The notes under the pieces were generated by a model. It did not search any database. It saw nothing but the letters and a program-made list of their open reading frames with translations, and was not told the origin of the DNA. The position numbers were made by a program, and so were the translations under genes. A stretch of DNA of 64,000 nucleotides from an uncultured Clostridia bacterium (GTDB taxonomy: Bacteria; Bacillota; Clostridia; Christensenellales; Aristaeellaceae). Shown here piece by piece: positions 53,245 through 60,523 of the stretch (its first letter is position 1; each line of letters starts with the position of its first letter). The DNA lies in contig CAKUFG010000008.1 of assembly GCA_934647235.1 (NCBI GenBank), positions 6,380 to 70,379 of the forward strand, written 5' to 3'.

Positions 53245-54210
53245 TCACTCGTTTGCTGCCTGCATCATTTCAAGCAGCGCGGCGGCGGGAATTTTCCACA
53301 CCCCGCCCTCGCGGATCATCCGCAGCGGCCAGGCGGCGCAGGCAGACTCCGCGCCGTCGTCCCCGCGCAGGGTCAGATCCACGCACACCACGGCGCTCTG
53401 GCCGTCAGGCGATACGCAGCCCTCGCCCGCCTGGCAGGATAAAAGCGTTTGCGCCTTGGCCAGGCTGGCCGGGGCGATATCGGCGGCGGAAGCCCCGCGC
53501 GCGGCGATCCACTGGCTCAGGCTTTCCCAATCGCGGGTCTGCCAGGCGGACAGCGCCAGCCGGGCTGAGGCCGCGGGCGTAGGCAGATAAGCCTCCTCGC
53601 GGGTGAGTGCGCCGCAGGGCAGCTCGCTGTCCGCAAGGAAATAGCTTTCCCGCAGCCGCATGGAGGCGCCCACATTGGATTCCGCCCGCACCAGCACCTG
53701 CACGGCGCGGTACTCGCCGCTTTCGGTCAGGGTGGCGCACAGGGCGGCCATGGCCAGACGGCGGCGCAGGATCGCCTGCTCGCGCGCCTGCCCGGACAGG
53801 GCTTCATCGGGATAGCGGTCGTAGAGCGCCTCGTTGAAGGTGACGTAGATCACCCCATCCTGCGCCTGGGTGGATAGCACCTGCGTGCCATCGGGAAACA
53901 GCGCGCTGCCGCCGCCCTCATGCGGGCCGTCCAGCAGCGCCGTCACCAGCGCCTTTTCGCGGCTTTCATTGGGCATCACGGCCAATTCGCGCGTTTCCTG
54001 CCGCAGCAGGGCGGAATCGCCATAGCGGAAATACAGCGTGGCGGTCTGCTCGCGCGCGGCCCCGGCCTCCGGCTCGGCGGACAGGGGCGTTTGCCCCTCG
54101 GGCGTGCTTTGCTGCAAGGCGGCGGGCGGCAGCTCGCCGCAGCCTGCCAGCAGCAGGCACAGGCTGGCAAGCAGCGCCAGCAAGCGCATTTTCTTTGCTT
54201 TCACGGTCAT
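53245..54210 (-). CDS. GerMN-domain lipoprotein
   Basis: Lipobox LLLAGCG. ATLYFRYGDSALLRQETRELAV...EKALVTALLDGP matches the GerMN signature. The ATG at 54210 overlaps the upstream TGA. Confidence 0.6.
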   Translation of the reverse strand: MTVKAKKMRLLALLASLCLLLAGCGELPPAALQQSTPEGQTPLSAEPEAGAAREQTATLYFRYGDSALLRQETRELAVMPNESREKALVTALLDGPHEGGGSALFPDGTQVLSTQAQDGVIYVTFNEALYDRYPDEALSGQAREQAILRRRLAMAALCATLTESGEYRAVQVLVRAESNVGASMRLRESYFLADSELPCGALTREEAYLPTPAASARLALSAWQTRDWESLSQWIAARGASAADIAPASLAKAQTLLSCQAGEGCVSPDGQSAVVCVDLTLRGDDGAESACAAWPLRMIREGGVWKIPAAALLEMMQAANE

Positions 54211-54983
54211 TTCTTGGCTCCCGGTTCCGCGCCCACGCACCAGCCGCGCAGCTTGGTCACGGCGCGCTCCAGCGCGTCGCGGCTGTTGTTCCAGGGCTTG
54301 TCGGCGTTGCGGTAATCAAATTTCAGGGTGAACCACTCCAGCTCGTCCGCCACGCGGGACAGGCTGTCGTCGGTCAGCTTTTCCATATCGGCGGCAAAAT
54401 CCGCCTGCTCGCGGGCATTGAGCTGGCTGGCGGCCATGCGCAGCAGCAGCGCCGCATCCTTGAGGCATACGCCCTTGGACTGCTGAAACACCTGCCTGAA
54501 GGCCGCGTCGTTGGCATACAGATGCAGGAAGGTATAGGCATAGCGGTTCATGTTATCCTGGATGCTGTCGCACAGGATGCAGGAGGAGGTGAGCTTGTCC
54601 AGCCCGTCCGCCGCAGCCAGCAGCGCTTCCTTGCCGCCGCCCTTGCCCAGCGCGCGCTTGACCGCCGGCGCGCCCGCGCCCGCCCTGGCCCCCTGCGCGG
54701 CGGCGTCCAGCAGCTTATGCGCCTTGCCGGCCGTTTCCTTCAGATGGGTGTGCGTCATCAGCGCGTGGCCCAGACGATTCTGCTGGGCGTAAAGCAGCAC
54801 ATGGTGCCGCTGGCAAAAGCCCTTTTCGTTAACGCGCACGCGGGTATCGGGCTCCATCACCGAGCCGCCCAGAAACCGATCCACATCGGCCGCCTCGATG
54901 CTGCGGCGCAGCGCGCACAGCGGGCACTCGCCCTGCTGCTTGAGCGCATCCCACACGGGGATGGTATCGATATGATAACGCAT
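54207..54983 (-). CDS. hypothetical CxxC protein (DUF6062-like)
   Basis: MRYHIDTIPVWDALKQQGECPLCALRR...GFCQRHH, with a second Cys pair SSCILCDS. The family assignment is from memory. Confidence 0.55.
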   Translation of the reverse strand: MRYHIDTIPVWDALKQQGECPLCALRRSIEAADVDRFLGGSVMEPDTRVRVNEKGFCQRHHVLLYAQQNRLGHALMTHTHLKETAGKAHKLLDAAAQGARAGAGAPAVKRALGKGGGKEALLAAADGLDKLTSSCILCDSIQDNMNRYAYTFLHLYANDAAFRQVFQQSKGVCLKDAALLLRMAASQLNAREQADFAADMEKLTDDSLSRVADELEWFTLKFDYRNADKPWNNSRDALERAVTKLRGWCVGAEPGAKK

Positions 54984-55052
54984 GGATGCCTGTGCCTCCT
55001 GAAATGAAATGTTGGAAATGCTGTGCAGGAAAGGGCGGATCGCCCGCCATAG

Positions 55053-55590
55053 AATTTTCCTTTGAGGAAAAGGCTTTTATTGTTGTGCGATTGTTAAGCA
55101 GCGAGAGGATGCTGCTGCATTAGTGCAGTCAACAGAAACCTTCTCCTTGAGGAGAAGGTGGGCGGCTTTAGCCGCTCGGATGAGGTGTAGGCTACGAAGT
55201 AGCCGTTATGGTTGTTGCTATATAAGGTAACGCCGCTGCGGCGGCTACACCTCACCACCGCCTACGGCGGAGCCTCTCCTCAAGGAGAAGCCTTTTGGGG
55301 CTATCAATTGCCAACTATCGCTAACCTCCACGCCTGATTTGCGCACCCAACCACCGCCCCGTGGCACGCCGATGCAATCGGCGCAGGGCTGGCGAAGCCA
55401 GGCCAAGGGGGAAAGCGGGAAGCGAACGGAGGAAAGCTGGCTTTCATCCGGGCGGTTCAGGCTTTCTCCTGCCACGGGGCCTCAAGCAGCAGTGCCGCCT
55501 GCCAGTTTAAAACCAATAACTTTCACATCACACACAGGTTCTTTGTTACTTTCTTTACTGAAGAAAGTAACGTCCTTCCCCGCCTCAAAA
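55053..55590. repeat. mosaic intergenic repeat array (B-related modules plus inverted family A)
   Basis: - 55070-55160 aligns with 2118-2205.
- 55136-55296 is a full family-B unit.
- 55335-55590 is family A in inverted orientation. Confidence 0.85.
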
Positions 55591-55669
55591 ACAACCGCCC
55601 TATTCTACCACAATCGGCGGTATTTGCGCAACCGCACGTGCATATGCTGATATGCAAGGAGGGATGAGC

Positions 55670-56506
55670 ATGCGCGCGGATCGTCTGCAAACCAACATCT
55701 ATCCAATCTCCCACCGCCCGGCGCGCGCCGCGCTGTGCCTGCTACTGGGCGCGGGCATTCTGGCGCTGGCCGTATATCTGCAGCTGGGGCGCGGTGGCAG
55801 CCTGCCCTTTTCGCTTGGCAGCCCGGCCACCGCCGCGCCGTCGCACGCCACGCCCGCCCCCAAGCGCGCCGAGGACGAAATCACCCTGGCCGCGCATACC
55901 TGGTACGCCCTGCAATTGGGCGCGTTTACCCAGGAGGGCTCGGCGCGTCAGCTGGCGCAGGAATATATCGCACGCGGCGCGGCAGGCTATGTGCAGCAGC
56001 AGGATACCACCTACCGCGTGCTGGCCGCCGCCTATCCCACCCGCGCCGAGGCGCAGGCCGTGCAGACGCGCCTGAGCGCCCAGAACGTGAGCGTGTACAT
56101 CCATCCCTTCACACAGCCCGAGCTGTCCCTGCGCGCCCAGGGCAGCGCCGCCCAGGTGGAGGCCGTGCGCGAAACGCTGGCATATCTGGACGCGCTGGCC
56201 GATAAGCTGGGCACGCTCTCCTGCGCGCTGGACGCGCACGATCTGGACGACGCAGCCGCCCGCAGCGCCCTACAATCCGAGGGCAGCACCTGCGCGGGGC
56301 TGAAAAAGCAGCTGCTCAGCGCCTTTGACGGCGAGCTGCCCGAGCTGCTCTCCCAGCCCGCCGTGCTGCTGGATTGTATCTGCGCTGAATCCGACGCGCT
56401 GCAAAAAGAAACAAGCGCCGCGCGGACGGGCGCGGCGCTCAAGCGCTGCCAGCTGGCAGCCGCCGTGGGCATGATGGATTTTGCAGCCGCGCTGCAGGGG
56501 CGTTAA
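55670..56506 (+). CDS. SPOR-domain membrane protein
   Basis: TM segment ALCLLLGAGILALAVYL. SPOR-like WYALQLGAFTQEGSARQLAQEYIARGAAGYV...YRVLAAAYPTRAEAQAVQ. Start at 55670, after a GGAGGG RBS. Confidence 0.7.
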   Translation: MRADRLQTNIYPISHRPARAALCLLLGAGILALAVYLQLGRGGSLPFSLGSPATAAPSHATPAPKRAEDEITLAAHTWYALQLGAFTQEGSARQLAQEYIARGAAGYVQQQDTTYRVLAAAYPTRAEAQAVQTRLSAQNVSVYIHPFTQPELSLRAQGSAAQVEAVRETLAYLDALADKLGTLSCALDAHDLDDAAARSALQSEGSTCAGLKKQLLSAFDGELPELLSQPAVLLDCICAESDALQKETSAARTGAALKRCQLAAAVGMMDFAAALQGR

Positions 56507-57591
56507 TTGCGCTTGGGCGCGTTGCAGTTTGCGCAGGGATTGAGCTTTTTGTATGCTTCCTCATCCCGCTGCGAATACAGGAACGAGCCCTTGAGCGGCA
56601 GGTACTTGTTGTCAATGATCGAGCAGTTCTGATCGGCGTGATAATAGGAGCCGCCGTCCGGATTGTAGTAGAGCACCTTATTGGGGTCGGGGCTGGCAGT
56701 GGGCGCCACGGTGTAAACGGGGGCGGCGCTGGCTTCCACCTTGACCTCGGTGGCGGAGGACAGCGACGCGGGATCGACATACCACACGCCGTTTACACGC
56801 AGCATCAGCACCTCGTAGCGGTAGTTTTTCTGCGTGCCGTTGGCGCGGTCCATCAGCGCCTCCATGGTGATGGTGCGCGAGTCGTCCGAATCGCTGCCCG
56901 CCACGTTGACGATGTTGAAACTCAGCGGCGTGTTTACGCCGCGGATGTTGAAGATCTCGCGCAGGGGGATTTTCTGGGCGTTGACCCAGGAGGGCGTGCA
57001 GCAGGCCAGCATGCCGTTGTCATCCTGGCTCATCCAGCTGTTCATAAAGGTTTCCAGGCGGCTCTGCGCCTCCGAGCGCGAATCGGGCGTAGGCGCGGCG
57101 CTGACGCTGCTGCTGGGCCGCGCGGCCTCCACGCTGCCTGCAAACGCGCCCACATCGCTGGCCGTCACATTGCTGCCAAACAGCGCGCTGTAATCGATAC
57201 CGCCGCCCTGGGCCGGGTTTTCGCTCTGCCCGGCGATGGGGTGGGTGAACCACAGCGCCGCAGCCAGGGATACGATCATCAGGGCGGTGTAGATCAGCGT
57301 CATGGTGGTGCGCGCCTGGGGCACAAAAGCGTGCCCCAGCCACATGATCAGCAGCGCCAGCGCGGCCAGGGCCAGAAAGGCCCAGTGCAGCTCGGTATAG
57401 CGCAGGATCAGCGCAATCACAAACAGCGCGGGCAGCAGCAGGCTCATGATCACCTGCAGGCCCACAAACGTGCGCTGCCGGGGCTGACGCGGCCTGTGCT
57501 CGGGCGGAACCTGAAACCCGCCGCCTGAGGAGCGGCTGTGCTTTAGTCCATATAATGGTGAGGATGAATACTTCTGTCGGTTTTCGCTCAT
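56503..57591 (-). CDS. hypothetical membrane protein with C-terminal Cys motif
   Basis: Four TM segments, an extracytoplasmic domain, and the C-terminal GGSYYHADQNCS...KKLNPCANCNAP (YYH...C...PCxxC). I moved the start to 57591. Confidence 0.6.
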   Translation of the reverse strand: MSENRQKYSSSPLYGLKHSRSSGGGFQVPPEHRPRQPRQRTFVGLQVIMSLLLPALFVIALILRYTELHWAFLALAALALLIMWLGHAFVPQARTTMTLIYTALMIVSLAAALWFTHPIAGQSENPAQGGGIDYSALFGSNVTASDVGAFAGSVEAARPSSSVSAAPTPDSRSEAQSRLETFMNSWMSQDDNGMLACCTPSWVNAQKIPLREIFNIRGVNTPLSFNIVNVAGSDSDDSRTITMEALMDRANGTQKNYRYEVLMLRVNGVWYVDPASLSSATEVKVEASAAPVYTVAPTASPDPNKVLYYNPDGGSYYHADQNCSIIDNKYLPLKGSFLYSQRDEEAYKKLNPCANCNAPKRN

Positions 57592-57751
57592 TCGTCCTCC
57601 TCCTTCCAAAGTACATGATTGCTCAATATATTATAACACATTTGTAACAAAAGTAAACAATAAATTAGCGTGAAGCTGGCGGTACTTGTACCGGCCGCAG
57701 CGGCTGTGGGGACAAACAACCGCATTTCCGGCTAAAATGCAGGCGCGCGCA

Positions 57752-57787
57752 TAAAACGCCCCCTCATCCGCAGGGACGAAGGGGCGA
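57752..57787 (-). terminator. rho-independent terminator of the LRR gene
   Basis: Minus strand: CGCCCC...GGGGCG stem followed by TTTTAT. It contains the CCCCCTCATCCG repeat motif. Confidence 0.55.
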
Positions 57788-57808
57788 AGGATATGCTTGG
57801 TTTGATAA

Positions 57809-58744
57809 TCAATAGGAATGATCCTTGCGCAGGTAGATCTTCTGGCTGTCGTCCAGCACGGTGTCAAAGCTGATATACTCGCCGGAGAAGAACATGGCCT
57901 TGATGATTTCATAGCGCGGATGCGTGCGCCAGCCGCCCTCGGTGGGGTACTTGGTGGTAAAGTTGTAGGAGTCCAGCGTATCGCCCTTTTCGGCCAGGTA
58001 GGCGTTGACGGCGTCCTTGGTCAGCTCGTCAATATCGCCCATCCACACGCGCTGCAGGTTGGGCATGGAGGCGACGATGGACAGATCGCTCACGTGGGTG
58101 TTGCACAGGTTCAGGTCAATCAGCGTTTCCTTGCCGGCCAGGCAGGAGATGTCCTTTACCTTGTTGTTGAACATTTCCAGATATTCCAGCGGCTTGTCGG
58201 CCAAGGGGGAGATATCGGTGATGCGGTTGTCCGACAGGATCAGCACCCGCAGGTCCTTGAGCGGCTCGATCCAGTCGATATCGAAGATCCAGTTGTGGCC
58301 CAGGTCGAGGGCCTTGAGCTCCGTGGCGTACTGCAGCACGGCCACCTGATAGCCCTCCAGACGCTTGGAGTTGGTCTGGTGCAGGGTGGAAAATGCCGTC
58401 GCATCCGTGCGGCAGGTGTAATCGGCGCGGGGGAACTTAAGCGTCCAGACGACCTTTACGCCCTTTTCGGCCCAGCGGGTGCGCAGATCGGCCAGCGTTT
58501 CGTTATCCAGGCCGCTCTGATTCTGCGTGCCGAACTCGATATAATTGAGATTCGGCATCTGCGCCATGGCTTCTTCCAAAGCGGGCAGGGAGGTGATTTT
58601 CACCTTCGTCAGATCCAGCCGTTCCAGCGATGCGTCGTATTGCGTTTTTTCAATCGTCACCATGGCCGCGCCCTCGGCAAACACGGGCAGCGCGGGGCAC
58701 AGCGTCATCATCAGGCACAGCAGCAGTGCAAGCGTTTTTTTCAT
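57809..58744 (-). CDS. secreted leucine-rich-repeat protein (internalin-like LRR)
   Basis: A signal peptide, then about 22-aa LRR units: LKALDLGHNWIFDIDWIEPLKDLRVLILSDNRITDISPLADKPLEYLEMFNNKVKDISCL. Confidence 0.75.
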   Translation of the reverse strand: MKKTLALLLCLMMTLCPALPVFAEGAAMVTIEKTQYDASLERLDLTKVKITSLPALEEAMAQMPNLNYIEFGTQNQSGLDNETLADLRTRWAEKGVKVVWTLKFPRADYTCRTDATAFSTLHQTNSKRLEGYQVAVLQYATELKALDLGHNWIFDIDWIEPLKDLRVLILSDNRITDISPLADKPLEYLEMFNNKVKDISCLAGKETLIDLNLCNTHVSDLSIVASMPNLQRVWMGDIDELTKDAVNAYLAEKGDTLDSYNFTTKYPTEGGWRTHPRYEIIKAMFFSGEYISFDTVLDDSQKIYLRKDHSY

Positions 58745-58849
58745 CGGAATCCGAACTCCTTCTCCATTTTACCTTAAAATTTTACTACACTTATCCGCGC
58801 GTTGTCAACAAATTGGCAGCGGCAGGGCGGTATTTTACAATATGGACGG

Positions 58850-58879
58850 TTGACAGGCGCGTTTGGTTCTTTTTATAAT
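58850..58879 (+). promoter_or_regulatory. sigma-A type promoter for aroD
   Basis: TTGACA, 18-nt spacer, TATAAT. Confidence 0.6.
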
Positions 58880-58915
58880 TTACATTAAAGAAAAATGCTG
58901 AAGGGAGGCGCAGCC

Positions 58916-59587
58916 ATGCGCATTGCCGTGCCCATGCTGGGAAAGGAGCCGGACGTGCTTCTGCGCCAGGCGCGGGCGATTGCCGCGCATCCCGGCGCGG
59001 ATATGGCCGAGTGGCGCGCCGACGCGCTGGGGCAGGCGCTTACGGAGGAGAGCGTCCGCGCCATAACGCCCGTCTTGCTGCGCGCGCTGGCGGGGAAGCC
59101 GCTGATTTTTACCCTGCGGACGGAGGGCGGCCCGGCGCGCGCGGATTATGCGGCGCTGCTGCTGGCTGCGGCCCGGTGCGGCGCGCCCTGGATCGATGCG
59201 GAGGCGCTGCGCTGTCCCGACGCGGCAGGGCTGATTGCCGCCCTGCATGCCCAGGACTGCCGGGTGATCGCCTCGCGCCATGATTTTGCCGGCACGCCCG
59301 AGCTGCCGGCGCTGCTCGAACAGGCCGAGGCGCTGCGCCAATCGGGCGCGGATATGATCAAGCTGGCCGTGACAGTGCATGAGGAGGCGGATATCGCAGC
59401 CGCCCGCACACTGTGCGAACGCCTGCGTGAATGGAAGATGGATTACGCCGTTATCCCCATGGGGGAGGCGGGGCGCAAGGCCCGCCTGCAGGCGCGGGAC
59501 TGGGGCTGCGCGCTGACCTTCGGCTGTCTGGATTGCCCCTCCGCGCCCGGTCAGGCGACGCTGGAGCAGCTGCTGCAGTGCAAATGA
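58916..59587 (+). CDS. aroD: type I 3-dehydroquinate dehydratase
   Basis: AEWRADAL, IFTLRTEGG, ASRHDF and DMIKLAV (catalytic Lys region). I moved the start to 58916, which follows a GGGAGG RBS. Confidence 0.75.
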   Translation: MRIAVPMLGKEPDVLLRQARAIAAHPGADMAEWRADALGQALTEESVRAITPVLLRALAGKPLIFTLRTEGGPARADYAALLLAAARCGAPWIDAEALRCPDAAGLIAALHAQDCRVIASRHDFAGTPELPALLEQAEALRQSGADMIKLAVTVHEEADIAAARTLCERLREWKMDYAVIPMGEAGRKARLQARDWGCALTFGCLDCPSAPGQATLEQLLQCK

Positions 59588-59674
59588 ATCGCTGCACTTG
59601 CTCACCTTTGACAGCCGTGCTATAATGGTATTGTCCCTGAGAAGGGGATAATACATAAAAAGGAAGATAAAATC

Positions 59675-60157
59675 ATGAAAAAGCTGATTGCCCTGCTGCT
59701 GTGCGCCGCGATGCTGTGCACCGTCTCCGCCGCCTTTGCCGAAGCGCCCGATACCTATACCAGCGCTTCCGTGGCCGATTATTATGGCGCGGCTGGCCTG
59801 ACCGGCGACGATCTGATGAACGCCATCAATTCCTTCTCCGGCTTCTATCTGGTGTGCACCACCAATCCCGATGGCAGCGCCAACGCGGGCTATTTCATCT
59901 ATGGCTGCGTGAAGCACGAGGATAAGTACTACCTGAAGATGGGCTTGGCCGCCAACCAGTCCAAGCTGAACCTGGAAACCAACGGCAAGGGCCTGGCCGT
60001 GTACGCCGCCGTGCCCGGTGATAAGCCCTACGCCACCGCCGGCGCGCGCATGGAGTTTACCGTGGTAACGGACGCCGAACTGCTGACCGCGCTGGGCGTG
60101 GAAGCGGGCGGCTCCTCGATCATGTGCGAGGTGACCAGTATTCGTCCGCTGGGCTAA
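59675..60157 (+). CDS. hypothetical secreted protein
   Basis: 160 aa with signal peptide MKKLIALLLCAAMLCTVSAAFA. It shows a weak resemblance to split-barrel (PNPOx-like) folds, which I have not verified. Confidence 0.55.
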   Translation: MKKLIALLLCAAMLCTVSAAFAEAPDTYTSASVADYYGAAGLTGDDLMNAINSFSGFYLVCTTNPDGSANAGYFIYGCVKHEDKYYLKMGLAANQSKLNLETNGKGLAVYAAVPGDKPYATAGARMEFTVVTDAELLTALGVEAGGSSIMCEVTSIRPLG

Positions 60158-60179
60158 AGGCTGATTTACGTGTTTGTGG

Positions 60180-60211
60180 GGCGCGCCGGGAAACCGGCGC
60201 GCCTTTCATTT
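60180..60211 (+). terminator. rho-independent terminator
   Basis: Perfect 10-bp stem GGCGCGCCGG-GAAA-CCGGCGCGCC followed by TTTCATTTG. Confidence 0.8.
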
Positions 60212-60227
60212 GCATTCGCTAAAAGCC
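60202..60227. repeat. third, inverted copy of the 26-bp unit from 1482-1533
   Basis: CCTTTCATTTGCATTCGCTAAAAGCC has 25/26 identity to the reverse complement of the tandem unit. It overlaps the terminator T-tract. Confidence 0.8.
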
Positions 60228-60426
60228 GTGTTGAGCTATAATACATAGGGAACACGGAAGCAAAGAAAAAGAGAACTCATGCGGTAAGATAGTAGTTCCA
60301 CCAAACCAGCCACCACAGAGGAGTTCTCCATGGATAGGATAACACAAAAAGCGTACTATTGTCAACGAGTATTGAAATATGCGGCGAAGCACGGATATCT
60401 TTTGCGAAAAAATCTTTTCCTCCCCC

Positions 60427-60454
60427 TTGACAATTCCTGCAAAGCGCATATAAT
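60427..60454 (+). promoter_or_regulatory. consensus sigma-A promoter of clpB
   Basis: TTGACA, 16-nt spacer, TATAAT. Confidence 0.7.
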
Positions 60455-60464
60455 ATCAATCGAA

Positions 60465-60481
60465 GGTCAAAGTTAGTCAAA
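60465..60481 (+). promoter_or_regulatory. CtsR operator (heptad direct repeat)
   Basis: GGTCAAA-GTT-AGTCAAA fits the published CtsR consensus (A/G)GTCAAA-NAN-(A/G)GTCAAA apart from the middle spacer base. It lies immediately downstream of the -10 element. Confidence 0.7.
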
Positions 60482-60523
60482 CTTTTGATCTTCCTGATTC
60501 CTCGATGAAAGGATGAATGCACT

